Below are positions 17,112-27,046 of a stretch of DNA of 42,783 nucleotides, in pieces. The translations under genes and the position numbers were made by a program. Location of the stretch: positions 1-42,783 of IMG/VR virus record IMGVR_UViG_3300017589_000249; one strand, written 5' to 3'. Every line of letters starts with the position of its first letter. Position 1 is the stretch's first letter. The stretch is from a virus (Duplodnaviria; Caudoviricetes). Below the pieces are notes generated by a model that was given only the letters and a program-made list of their open reading frames with translations, searched no databases and was not told where the DNA came from.

Positions 17112-17915
17112 ATGGCTAGAATAAGAAATCCTAATAGAGATATTGCATATGGAATGTATAAAAACAATTCTAATTATAGCCCAAAACAAATAGCTATTGA
17201 ATTAGATGAGAAAGCATCTAATATAAGAACATGGAAATATCAAGATAAATGGGATAAACAATTAGATATAAAAAAGAATAAGAGAGGAGCTCCTAAGGGG
17301 AATGAGAATGCTATTGGCAATAAAGGCGGGGCTCCACAGGGGAATCTTAATGCATTTAAGCATGGAGAGAGAATTCCTGTAGAAAGATTTACATCTAAAC
17401 AGTTTTTAGCTAAATACTTGCCTAGAGTCACTAACTCAATACTCGAAGAGTTAGACAATAGTGGTATGAGCTCGTTAGATATCTTATGGGCTAATATTAA
17501 TATTCAATTTGCTGCAGTACTTAGAAGTCAAAAGATAATGTATGTAAAGACACATAATGATATGACGAAGGAACTTAAGAAAACTAAAGTTCAAAATGAT
17601 ACTGAAACAGATAGAAAGACAGGCAAAAAGACTCCTGTAGAAGTATATAGGGAAGAAGAATATGAACTCCAATTCGCGTGGGATAAGCAGGATAGATTTA
17701 TAGCAGCACAATCAAAAGGAATGCAGGTATTATTAAACCTAATAAAGACATATGAGGACCTACTTCATAAGAACTGGGATTTAGCTACTGAAGAACAGAA
17801 AGTGAGAATTGAAGTGCTTAAATCTAAGGTTGTCAAAGATGATGATCCAGGAATAGAGGATGATGGTTTCATAGATGCATTAGAGGGGAAAGTTGATAGA
17901 ATATGGGAAGATTAA
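17112..17915 (+). CDS. terS: Terminase small subunit
   Basis: MARIRNPNRD.A, N-terminal HTH, GAPKGNENA/GAPQGNLNAFKHG repeats; overlaps terL. Confidence 0.9.
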   Translation: MARIRNPNRDIAYGMYKNNSNYSPKQIAIELDEKASNIRTWKYQDKWDKQLDIKKNKRGAPKGNENAIGNKGGAPQGNLNAFKHGERIPVERFTSKQFLAKYLPRVTNSILEELDNSGMSSLDILWANINIQFAAVLRSQKIMYVKTHNDMTKELKKTKVQNDTETDRKTGKKTPVEVYREEEYELQFAWDKQDRFIAAQSKGMQVLLNLIKTYEDLLHKNWDLATEEQKVRIEVLKSKVVKDDDPGIEDDGFIDALEGKVDRIWED

Positions 17916-19174
17916 TTAAAGCTGTATTCAAATTTAAACCTTTTTCAAATAAACAATTAAAGATTCTTACCTGGTGGATGGATAAATCTCCAGTAAGCGA
18001 TAAAGATGGAGTAATTGCTGACGGAGCTATAAGAAGTGGTAAGACATTATCAATGTCATTATCTTATGTTATATGGGCAATGAGTAGTTTTGAAGAGCAG
18101 AATTTTGGTATGTGTGGTAAAACAATAGGGTCTTTCAGGAGAAACGTTTTATTCTGGTTAAAGCTAATGCTAAAAGCCAGGGGTTATAAAGTAGAAGATC
18201 ACAGGGCAGATAATCTTGTTACAATTACCAAAGGTGGTATATGTAATTACTTCTATATATTTGGTGGTAAAGATGAAAGGTCGCAAGACTTAATCCAAGG
18301 TATTACACTTGCCGGATGTTTCTTTGATGAAGTTGCACTAATGCCTGAATCCTTTGTTAATCAAGCAACAGGAAGATGTTCAGTTGATGGATCTAAGTTT
18401 TGGTTTAACTGTAATCCAGATGGGCCTTATCATTGGTTTAAAATCAATTGGATAGATAAGATATTAGAAAAGAATGTATTATATCTACATTTTACTATGG
18501 AAGATAATTTAAGTTTATCTGAGAGAATAAAAGCTAGATATAGGTCAATGTATACAGGTGTATTCTATAAGAGATATATATTAGGTCTTTGGACAGTTGC
18601 TGAGGGTGTTATCTATGATATGTTTGATATAGGAAAGCATATTGTTAATAAGATTACTGATGTTCTTTTATCAACTTGTTATATCAGTTGTGATTATGGT
18701 ACACAAAATGCAACAGTATTTTTATTATGGGAGAAATCAGGGGCAGATAAATGGTATTGCACCAAAGAGTATTATTATAGTGGTAGGGATGAATCTAAAC
18801 AGAAGACAGATTCAGAATATGCGGATGATCTAGTAAAATTCATTGATGGAAAAAATATCAAAGCAGTAATTATAGATCCTTCTGCTGCATCTTTTATAGC
18901 AGAACTTAAAAAAAGAGGAATTCATGTAAAGAAAGCCAAGAATGATGTAGAGAATGGGATAAGAGTTGTAGGTAATGCATTAAACTTAGGGAAGATATTT
19001 TTTAGTTCAGAATGCAAAAATACTATTATGGAGTTCTCTAGTTATATATGGGATATTAAAGCAGCAGAGAGAGGCGAAGATAAACCTATAAAACAACATG
19101 ATCATGCAATGGATGCTGTAAGATATTTTTGCTTTACAATATTAAAAGGATTTGGTGGACTTAGAACATTCTAG
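17903..19174 (+). CDS. terL: Terminase large subunit, PBSX family
   Basis: DGAIRSGKT Walker A, FFDEVAL Walker B, CDYGT, DHAMDAVRY. Confidence 0.96.
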   Translation: MGRLIKAVFKFKPFSNKQLKILTWWMDKSPVSDKDGVIADGAIRSGKTLSMSLSYVIWAMSSFEEQNFGMCGKTIGSFRRNVLFWLKLMLKARGYKVEDHRADNLVTITKGGICNYFYIFGGKDERSQDLIQGITLAGCFFDEVALMPESFVNQATGRCSVDGSKFWFNCNPDGPYHWFKINWIDKILEKNVLYLHFTMEDNLSLSERIKARYRSMYTGVFYKRYILGLWTVAEGVIYDMFDIGKHIVNKITDVLLSTCYISCDYGTQNATVFLLWEKSGADKWYCTKEYYYSGRDESKQKTDSEYADDLVKFIDGKNIKAVIIDPSAASFIAELKKRGIHVKKAKNDVENGIRVVGNALNLGKIFFSSECKNTIMEFSSYIWDIKAAERGEDKPIKQHDHAMDAVRYFCFTILKGFGGLRTF

Positions 19175-19191
19175 GTCTTATTTTTATATCT

Positions 19192-19279
19192 ATAAATGAT
19201 TATGAGTTTTGATTATAGCTAAAGCATTGAATTTACTAGGATAGAAAAGCATAGTCAAAACTGATAAGTTATGATGATA
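19192..19279 (-). promoter_or_regulatory. res-like site B, inverted copy of site A, between terL and portal
   Basis: 52/80 ungapped identity (hand count) to 16401-16480, concentrated in the 13-mers; same 88-bp spacing; includes TTGACT-N17-TAAATT on the minus strand. Confidence 0.7.
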
Positions 19280-19292
19280 AGGTGGTGATAAA

Positions 19293-20762
19293 GTGGGATT
19301 GAAAGATATATGGAATAAATTAAGAAAGGGAGTGAAGGCAGCAAGTATGGCAGTACAAGTAAGTAATTCATTAAATGATAATAAAGTTATTCAATTAATT
19401 AATGATTTTAATAGTTCTAAGAAAAGACAATGGATGTTAACTGGCCAAAGATATTATGAAGTAGATAATGATATTTTTAAGAGAAAGATAACAAGGATAG
19501 TTAAAGGTGTAGTGGTTGAAGAAACATATAAAGCTAATAATAAATTAGCGCATAGTAAATATAAAAACATGGTGGATGAAAAAGTGGCCTATTTATTAAC
19601 CCGGGATTACAGTCTTAAATGTGATGATGAATCATATGTTGAAAAGGTTAAAGACATCTTAGGTAAACACTTTCAATACCAAATAAGTGGATTAGGTTAT
19701 GAATCAAGTAATAAAGGTATCTCATGGCTGCAGGTCTATATTGATGAACAAGGGAAGTTTAAGGCTATGATTATACCAAGTGAACAATGTATCCCTCTAT
19801 GGAAGGATAATAGTCATACAGAATTAGATAGTATGATTAGAGTATATGAAACTGTAGAGTGGGAATACGATAAAAAGAAAACTATAACTAATGTTGAAGT
19901 ATGGTCCAGTGACGGAGTTACTTATTATAGGCTAGATGAGAAACTACTTATAGCTGATTATAATAGGAATAATGATGATACTAATAGTCCTGTAGCACAT
20001 TATAAGAAAGATGATACATGGTATGCTTGGGGCAAAGTACCTTTCATTTTCTTTAAAAACAACAGAATTGAGCTCCCTGATATTAAATTTGTTAAAGCAT
20101 TAGCTGATGGATATGATTTATCCAGGAGTGAAGCTGCTAACTATGTTGAAGAAGTTAAGAATCTTATATTTGTATTAAAAGGATATGGGGGAGAAGATAT
20201 ATCAGAGTTTATGAGAAGATTAAATGAGGATAGAGCTATTCCAATAGATGATCCAGGAGATGGCAGTGGAGTTGATACGCTAACCCCTACGATGGATATT
20301 ACAGCATTAAGAGAACACTATGAACAATTAAAGAGAGATTTAATTGAAGATGGACAATCTATTAATAAAGACTTAGATAAATTTGGTTCAGCACCTTCTG
20401 GGGTAGCGCTTAAGTTTATGTATAGTGGATTAGATCTTAAGTGTAATGCATTAGAAACAGAATTTAAAATGGGATTTGAAAACCTATTATATTTTATTGC
20501 TATTTACTTAGGGGAAACAGGAATATCAAACAATGCGGATGTAGATATTATCTTCAATAGAGATATGGAGATTAATGAGACAGAAGTAATTACTAATTGC
20601 ACCAATTCTAAGGGCACAATATCTGATAAAACTATAATTGCTAATCACCCATGGGTATCTGATGTTGAGGCAGAAGAAAAGGCCCTTGAAGAACAAAATA
20701 AAGCGAACTTACCTTTTCAGGATAAAATACCTGTAAATGGTGGTGGAGCTAATGAAGAATAG
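19293..20762 (+). CDS. Portal protein, SPP1 gp6-like
   Basis: Position and size; GKVPFI.FKNN, SGVALKFMYSGLDLK. Confidence 0.93.
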   Translation: MGLKDIWNKLRKGVKAASMAVQVSNSLNDNKVIQLINDFNSSKKRQWMLTGQRYYEVDNDIFKRKITRIVKGVVVEETYKANNKLAHSKYKNMVDEKVAYLLTRDYSLKCDDESYVEKVKDILGKHFQYQISGLGYESSNKGISWLQVYIDEQGKFKAMIIPSEQCIPLWKDNSHTELDSMIRVYETVEWEYDKKKTITNVEVWSSDGVTYYRLDEKLLIADYNRNNDDTNSPVAHYKKDDTWYAWGKVPFIFFKNNRIELPDIKFVKALADGYDLSRSEAANYVEEVKNLIFVLKGYGGEDISEFMRRLNEDRAIPIDDPGDGSGVDTLTPTMDITALREHYEQLKRDLIEDGQSINKDLDKFGSAPSGVALKFMYSGLDLKCNALETEFKMGFENLLYFIAIYLGETGISNNADVDIIFNRDMEINETEVITNCTNSKGTISDKTIIANHPWVSDVEAEEKALEEQNKANLPFQDKIPVNGGGANEE

Positions 20763-22257
20763 TGAGTATTGGGAAAAGAGAATAGCAAATAACACCTGGT
20801 CTATTTATAATTCATTAGAAGAAAAGAATAGGGGTTTATTAGAGATGTACCAGGAGGCAAGTCTTAGTATTTCAGATGAACTCTATAGAGTAGCTGAAAA
20901 AATGCAAACAAGTACTCCAAGGGTTAGTGATATGCATAAACTTAATAGGCTTAGTAACCTGCAGAAGAATATGGAGAACACTATTAGAGAACTTGGAGAG
21001 AGTGTAGAAACTTTTGGTAAAGAAAAAATGATGGAAGGGTTTAGTGATACTTACTCAAATGTAATGGTTGAGGTTGGAGCTACTGAATTTGACCAGGTAC
21101 CTGAAAAGGTTATGAAGGAAATGCTAGATAGACCTTGGGAAGGCTCTAATTTTTCAACAAGGCTATGGAAAAACACACAAGTATTATCAACTAATCTAAA
21201 TGATATAATTACTAATGGGTTAACCCAGGGGAAGACAGTTACAGAAATGGCAATACAACTAAATAATGCTATGAGCGCTGGATTTAATGTATCACATAGA
21301 CTAGTAAGAACTGAAACTATGCATTATCTTAATGAGAGTTCATTTAAAGGTTATGTTGATGCAGGTTGTGAAGAAGTTCAATTATGGGCGGCAACAGATG
21401 AAAGAACCTGCAAGGTATGTGGAACAAAGCATGGGAATATATATAAGATAAAGGATAGACCAATACTTCCACTTCATGCAAATTGTAGGTGTACTTATTT
21501 ACCTGTTATTGATGAGGAAGAAGCAAAGAAAGATCATGATAAAGCAAAAGAGGATACTAATAAAGAGGATAATATCAAAGAAGCTAATACTATTAATGAT
21601 GTGAGAGATTTTAGTGAATTAAAGAAGTATTTAAAGACTAAATTAGATATTAATAATGTTACAGATGAAATATTAGAATTAGACTTTAATGCAATAAAAG
21701 AAACTTGTACAGCTATGGAAGAGACATTTAATGAATTTCCACAACTTAAAGGTTTTGTTAAAGAATTGTACACCTCTAAAAGTGGTATAATGTCATGTTC
21801 ACCTGAGGATTCTAATTTTAATGGTGTTAGAATATCTTTCAATCCAAATTATTATAAAGATATAAAGAAATTGAAAAAGGTATATGATGAAGATGTATCA
21901 ACAGGTTTCCATCCTAGAGGCACCACATATGCCATAAGTGGTGTACATGAGTTAGGTCATGCAGTAGAAGCAATACTAGTCAAAAAAAGAAATTTAGATT
22001 ATAATAGTACTAGAGCAACCTATTGGAATGATTGTATTATTTCAAAGGAAATTGTTTCAGAAGCTGCTAAAAAAGCGAAGAAAACTTTAGTAGGTAATGG
22101 AAAGAAGAACTTTGAACTAAAAAATAGTATATCAGGATATGCTTTAAGTGATAGTTCAGAATGTATGGCAGAAGCTTTTTCTGATTATTTTACAAATAAA
22201 GAAAATGCATCTATTTTAAGTATAGAGATAATGAAAATAATAAAGGAGATGATGTAA
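20752..22257 (+). CDS. MuF/SPP1 gp7-like minor head protein with C-terminal HExxH metallopeptidase-like extension
   Basis: RLVRTE, D.RTC..C, PLHANCRCT MuF end at about aa 250; then VHELGHAV and ISGYA...SECMAEAF. Confidence 0.85.
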   Translation: MKNSEYWEKRIANNTWSIYNSLEEKNRGLLEMYQEASLSISDELYRVAEKMQTSTPRVSDMHKLNRLSNLQKNMENTIRELGESVETFGKEKMMEGFSDTYSNVMVEVGATEFDQVPEKVMKEMLDRPWEGSNFSTRLWKNTQVLSTNLNDIITNGLTQGKTVTEMAIQLNNAMSAGFNVSHRLVRTETMHYLNESSFKGYVDAGCEEVQLWAATDERTCKVCGTKHGNIYKIKDRPILPLHANCRCTYLPVIDEEEAKKDHDKAKEDTNKEDNIKEANTINDVRDFSELKKYLKTKLDINNVTDEILELDFNAIKETCTAMEETFNEFPQLKGFVKELYTSKSGIMSCSPEDSNFNGVRISFNPNYYKDIKKLKKVYDEDVSTGFHPRGTTYAISGVHELGHAVEAILVKKRNLDYNSTRATYWNDCIISKEIVSEAAKKAKKTLVGNGKKNFELKNSISGYALSDSSECMAEAFSDYFTNKENASILSIEIMKIIKEMM

Positions 22258-22412
22258 TGATTAATAGACCTGCTTTTTGGGATTATATTACCACCGATAA
22301 CGAAGGCGAAATGAATGGTATTAGAGAAGATATACCTAAGGCTATAAAAAAAGAGTATGAGGAATATTTAAAAGAATTAGATCAAGCAAAGAAAAAGGGA
22401 TTGAAATTATAA
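22257..22412 (+). CDS. 51-aa protein coupled to MuF; candidate immunity protein
   Basis: TAATG stop/start overlap, AAGGAG RBS, MINRPAFWDY…; terminator follows (22411-22446). Confidence 0.7.
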   Translation: MINRPAFWDYITTDNEGEMNGIREDIPKAIKKEYEEYLKELDQAKKKGLKL

Positions 22413-22483
22413 AAGCACTTACTTAGATAAATGGGTAGGTGCTTTTATTATGCCTATAATTAAGAAATGGGGATGATGTATAA

Positions 22484-22651
22484 ATGAAAAGTAATGAAGT
22501 AGTTATTAAAAATCTAGAAGAGCTATGTAAACCGATATCAAATTACTTGAGAAATAATTATGATCCATATGTAACTGTAGTTATTACAGATAGTAAAATT
22601 AAGCTGGTTAGAGATGAAATAGGAATACCTGCTGAAAGAGATAACGACTAA
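22484..22651 (+). CDS. Small hypothetical phage protein (55 aa, MKSNEVVIKNLEELCKP…)
   Basis: Open frame with GGGGATGA RBS; not in the ORF track. Confidence 0.65.
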   Translation: MKSNEVVIKNLEELCKPISNYLRNNYDPYVTVVITDSKIKLVRDEIGIPAERDND

Positions 22652-22676
22652 TCTTTAAATTAGTCGTTAATGTATG

Positions 22677-22877
22677 CTAAATTGGGTTGTATGGATGGGT
22701 TTTATCAAGTATTGAAAGAGCAGAGCCAAGTGATGAGGAATTTAAGAAACTTTGGTATTCGGATGCAGAAACATTCTTATAAGCGTAAACTTGTCCGTTT
22801 TTAAATTCGACATACATTGTGTTATTTTCCCAGCCCACTTTGTTCATTCGGCTTGATGAAACAGATTGCATATTCAT
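22677..22877 (-). CDS. KTSC-domain protein
   Basis: VSSS.M..VGW....MYVEFKNG.VYAY.NV...Y..FLNSSSLGS; GGAGGTG RBS favours ATG at 22877. Confidence 0.85.
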   Translation of the reverse strand: MNMQSVSSSRMNKVGWENNTMYVEFKNGQVYAYKNVSASEYQSFLNSSSLGSALSILDKTHPYNPI

Positions 22878-23070
22878 AACGTTCACCTCCTCTATAATAT
22901 TTTAACATAATATAGAAGAAGAGGTAAAATAATAGAATTTCAAGTCTTAGAAAACTAAGGCTTTTTATTATGCCTTTTATTACTATACACAAGGCGTAAA
23001 AGAATGGAATAGTAAGACTATATTTGTGGAGCAACTCACGTAAAAGGCGTAATGTAGGAGGAATGTATAA

Positions 23071-23691
23071 ATGAAATTAGAAGAATTATTAAAAGCACAA
23101 GGACTTACAGATGAGCAAATAAAAGCTATTACTGGAGCAATGTCAAAGGAAAAGATCTATACAACTAATGAAGAAAATATTGAGGAGAGATATTCTAAAC
23201 TGAAGGAACAAAAAACAGATTTAGAAGGACAGCTCAATACAAGCAATGCTACTATTTCAGAGCTTAAGAAAGGCAATAAGGATAATGAAACTTTACAGAA
23301 TACAATTAAGGATCATGAGACAACTATTGAAACTCTTAAGAAAGATAGTACAGCTAAAATAAAGAATCTTACTTTAGATAGTGCTATTAATAATCTACTA
23401 TCTACAAACAAAGCTAAGCATAGTGATTTACTTGCTAGTAAGTTTGATAGAGAGAAGTTAGTAATAGGTGAAGATGGTAAGGTTACAGGTTTAGAGGAAC
23501 AATTTAAGGGGATAAAGGAATCTTATAAGGATCTCTTTGGGGCAACAATAAGCGGTGTTCCACCAGTTAATCCAGAAGGTGGTTCTGGTGGTGGCGTTAC
23601 AAAAGAACAATTTACTAAAATGGGATATAAGGAGAAAGTAACCTTATATAACACAAATAAAGAATTATATGACCAACTTAGTGGTCAATAA
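23071..23691 (+). CDS. Capsid scaffolding protein
   Basis: Coiled-coil, GLEEQ...IKES..DLF pattern; directly before the major capsid gene. Confidence 0.85.
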   Translation: MKLEELLKAQGLTDEQIKAITGAMSKEKIYTTNEENIEERYSKLKEQKTDLEGQLNTSNATISELKKGNKDNETLQNTIKDHETTIETLKKDSTAKIKNLTLDSAINNLLSTNKAKHSDLLASKFDREKLVIGEDGKVTGLEEQFKGIKESYKDLFGATISGVPPVNPEGGSGGGVTKEQFTKMGYKEKVTLYNTNKELYDQLSGQ

Positions 23692-23712
23692 ACAAGAGGA
23701 GATGCGTAAATA

Positions 23713-24714
23713 ATGGCAAATTTAACAACACAATTATCAGACTTAATTAATCCAGAGGTAATGGCTGACATGATTTCAGCTAAAATACCTAACAAAATCA
23801 TAGTAGCACCTTTTGCAAAGGTGGATACAACTCTAGTAGGACAACCAGGAGATACAATAACAGTACCTCAATATGCATACATTGGTGATGCGGTAGATGT
23901 AGCGGAAGGTGTTGCAGCTGAAACAGTAAAGTTAACAGCAGGAACTACACAAGTAACTGTGAAAAAGGCAATGAAGGCTGTTGAATTGACAGATGAAGCC
24001 GTATTAAGTGGATATGGCAATCCAGTAGGAGAAACAAATAATCAATTAGCTAAGTCTGTTGCATCTAAGGTCGATACTGATGCAATGAATGCTTTATTAC
24101 AAGCTCAATTAACATATGATGGATCAGCAACACAAATTGCATATGCAGTAATTGTTGATGCAGTAGATATATTTGATGAAGAAGTTAACACAGGCAAGAT
24201 TATGTTTGTTCATCCAAAGCAGGTCACTAAATTAAGAAAAGATAGTGATTTTATTAGTGCAGATAAATATAATAACAATGTTGTAATGACAGGCGAAATC
24301 GGTATAATTGCTAATACAAGAATAGTACCATCAAGAAGAGTAGTAGAGTTTTCAGAATGGTATGCCCCTTGTCAAGAAGGAACTTCAAGTGCATTAGAGA
24401 TAATTTCTAGTGGAACACCAACAGCATCACAAGTGTTAATAGGTACAGTACAAGCTTCTTTGCCAAATGCAAAGGCAGGAGAATTTGTATTAAAGAAGAC
24501 TACTACTGTATACTTCAACCCTATTGTTAAGTTAGAGGAAGATACCGAGACAGAAGATGAAGCGCCAGCATTAACTATATATCTAAAGAGTGATACAAAT
24601 GTTGAAACTGACAGAGTATCATTAGCTAGAAAGACTGATATTTCAGTTGATAAACATTATGCTGCAGCACTTTCTAATACTTCAAAGGTTGTACTTGCTA
24701 AGATCAAGAAATAG
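23713..24714 (+). CDS. Major capsid protein (N4-gp56-like)
   Basis: T.LSDLINPEVMADMI, TLVGQPGDTITVP.Y.YIGDA. Confidence 0.92.
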   Translation: MANLTTQLSDLINPEVMADMISAKIPNKIIVAPFAKVDTTLVGQPGDTITVPQYAYIGDAVDVAEGVAAETVKLTAGTTQVTVKKAMKAVELTDEAVLSGYGNPVGETNNQLAKSVASKVDTDAMNALLQAQLTYDGSATQIAYAVIVDAVDIFDEEVNTGKIMFVHPKQVTKLRKDSDFISADKYNNNVVMTGEIGIIANTRIVPSRRVVEFSEWYAPCQEGTSSALEIISSGTPTASQVLIGTVQASLPNAKAGEFVLKKTTTVYFNPIVKLEEDTETEDEAPALTIYLKSDTNVETDRVSLARKTDISVDKHYAAALSNTSKVVLAKIKK

Positions 24715-24744
24715 GATATATTTCTTTAGAAATGAGGTGTTAAA

Positions 24745-25068
24745 ATGGCACAAATAGATGATATAACAACATCTTTACAATTAAGACCCGGGATAGCAGA
24801 AATGAATGCAGCGTTGTTAAAAGATTTGGTCCAGGATGCTATAACAGAAATATCTGACTACATTAACCTAGAGAAAGGCACAGACCTTCCTCTAGGTTGC
24901 ATAAGTGTAGTTAAGGATATTGTAATAATCAAAGTGAATAAACTTGGTTCTGAGGGTATATCAAGTGAATCTCATGAGGGGATAAGTCAATCTTATATAG
25001 AAGATATGCCTAAAGATGTACAAAGAAAGTTAAGAAGGTATAGGAAGCTTCCAAGGCAGGTGGTCTAG
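24745..25068 (+). CDS. Head-tail connector (adaptor) protein
   Basis: NKLGSEGISSES.EGISQSY motif; position. Confidence 0.85.
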   Translation: MAQIDDITTSLQLRPGIAEMNAALLKDLVQDAITEISDYINLEKGTDLPLGCISVVKDIVIIKVNKLGSEGISSESHEGISQSYIEDMPKDVQRKLRRYRKLPRQVV

Positions 25069-25382
25069 TGTCTATTAATTCAGATATGAAACCTATAATG
25101 TTAGAAAAAAGAAGTGAGATCCCTTCAATGGCTGGTGCAAAAAAGTATAGGTGGGAAGAGGATAAAATCATTCAGGTATCGTTATATTTAACTAATGATA
25201 TGAAGAATACTCAAAGTGTACAATACAATGAAAGTTCTCATACTGGACTTACTAGATCTAAGGATATAGAAAAGAATAATAATAGATTAAGAGAGGGTGA
25301 TACTATCTATACAATTAATAAAGTAAATCCTAAAGGAAGACTTACAACTTTACTTTTAAAGGTGGTAGATACAGATGCCTAA
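25068..25382 (+). CDS. Head closure/stopper protein
   Basis: Position and size in the neck module. Confidence 0.65.
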   Translation: MSINSDMKPIMLEKRSEIPSMAGAKKYRWEEDKIIQVSLYLTNDMKNTQSVQYNESSHTGLTRSKDIEKNNNRLREGDTIYTINKVNPKGRLTTLLLKVVDTDA

Positions 25383-25788
25383 TAATAATCAGTTTATTCA
25401 GAGTATGCAACAGGCTACCTTAAAAATGATTACTGATATGGCTAAGAAAATGGAGAAAGCTTGTTTGCAAGTGGAAAGAACAGCAAAGCAAAATTGTTCA
25501 GTAGATCAAGGTCATCTAAGAGCAGCAATGCAACATGGGGTTAATGTTTCTGCTACTAAAATAGTCGGGACAGTAAGCAACAGTGAAGAAATAGCTCCAT
25601 ATGTACATCAAGGAACAGGAATATATGCCATCAATAGGGATGGCAGAAAAACTCCTTGGAAGTATAAAGCTGAAACAGGTAAGTATAGAGGGTGGCATAC
25701 TACAAAAGGGCAAAAGCCGCAGCCATTTTTACAAAATGCTAGAGATAGCAATAAAGATAAAATAGTTAGAATACTGGCAGGTGAGTAG
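25375..25788 (+). CDS. HK97 gp10-like neck protein
   Basis: AK.N..VD.G.LR, APYVHQGTG, GQKPQPFL. Confidence 0.85.
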   Translation: MPNNNQFIQSMQQATLKMITDMAKKMEKACLQVERTAKQNCSVDQGHLRAAMQHGVNVSATKIVGTVSNSEEIAPYVHQGTGIYAINRDGRKTPWKYKAETGKYRGWHTTKGQKPQPFLQNARDSNKDKIVRILAGE

Positions 25789-26142
25789 ATGCTAGAGATT
25801 ACAATGAAGATTATATTAGAAGAAATAACTGGATTACAAGTTACCCCTGTATTTGGAACAGGTAATCCACCTTTTTGTACCTATACAGTAACTCCTATAT
25901 CAGGTGGAGTCATAAAAGAAAGTCAGGTTGAGGTGAAGGTTATTGATGGTGATATTGATAATGCTTTACTGATCAGAGAAGATATTATTAAAAAACTAGA
26001 TATGGAAGATAAAGAACCTTCACTTAAAGCTAATAACATAACTCTCAGGAGTGGATTAGCTGGTGGGGGTTCTTTATTTAATGACAGTATTCAAATGTGG
26101 GAAATGTCCACAATATTTATTATTAATTGGAGGTGTATTTAA
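25789..26142 (+). CDS. Tail terminator/completion protein
   Basis: Position before major tail protein. Confidence 0.6.
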   Translation: MLEITMKIILEEITGLQVTPVFGTGNPPFCTYTVTPISGGVIKESQVEVKVIDGDIDNALLIREDIIKKLDMEDKEPSLKANNITLRSGLAGGGSLFNDSIQMWEMSTIFIINWRCI

Positions 26143-26697
26143 ATGGATGAAATTCTAATGGGTGCGGGTGAAGTATATATGTATGAATTTGCCGGTGAGG
26201 CTATTCCAGAGCATACAGTTATAGAGACGGAGGAACATAATGTTGGGCACACTAGCTCAGGGGCAAGTATTGACTATAAGCCTGAGAAGTATGATGTTAC
26301 AAATAGTTATGGAAATGTAGTTAAATCTTTTATTACAAAGGAATCTATTACATTTAAGACTGGTCTTTTAACATGGTTATTAGATAATGTAGCATTATTG
26401 ACAACAGCAAAAATAACAACTGATGCTACTAAAAAAATAAAGACTCTTACTTTTGGTGGAGGAGGATCACTAAAGAATGTACTAGTAAGATTTGTGCATA
26501 TAAAAGAAAATGACAAGAAAATAAGATTTACTATGATAGGTAATGCAGGAAATGGTTTTACTATGGAATTTGCTTCAAAGGAAGTTACTGTAGATGCCGA
26601 AATTACTGCTATAGAGTATATCAAAAAATTCTTAGCTAGCTTTGAGGAAGAGTTAACTGATGAAGAAGTAGAGGCGCTAACACCTGTTACACCATAA
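26143..26697 (+). CDS. Major tail (tube) protein
   Basis: Position; MGAGEVY, GHTSSGASIDYKPE; hairpin follows. Confidence 0.75.
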   Translation: MDEILMGAGEVYMYEFAGEAIPEHTVIETEEHNVGHTSSGASIDYKPEKYDVTNSYGNVVKSFITKESITFKTGLLTWLLDNVALLTTAKITTDATKKIKTLTFGGGGSLKNVLVRFVHIKENDKKIRFTMIGNAGNGFTMEFASKEVTVDAEITAIEYIKKFLASFEEELTDEEVEALTPVTP

Positions 26698-26746
26698 AAA
26701 ATAAAAGAGGGGCTTAATAGGCCCTTTAATTTAGGAGGAAATATAA

Positions 26747-27046
26747 ATGATAGATTTAGATAAATACTTGGATCAAACTATAGAATTTAAAATAAAAGGA
26801 GAGGTAATTAAGGTTAAACAACCAACTGCCTTTGCAACTAAGAAAATAGCACAACTAGAAAAAAAGATAACTGATGAAAATTATCTTGATACAAGATGTG
26901 AGATAACAGGAATCATATTAAATTCAAATGTAGAGGGCAAAATATTTACAGTGGAAGAAATAGAAGCCCTTCCATTTAAAGTTCAAGAGATTATATCAGT
27001 GCAGATAGCCACAATGAAGTTTGAAGCTGATAATGACCCAAACTAA
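26747..27046 (+). CDS. Tail assembly chaperone (gpG-like)
   Basis: Between tail tube and tape measure; ends at slippery C CCA AAC TAA. Confidence 0.8.
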   Translation: MIDLDKYLDQTIEFKIKGEVIKVKQPTAFATKKIAQLEKKITDENYLDTRCEITGIILNSNVEGKIFTVEEIEALPFKVQEIISVQIATMKFEADNDPN

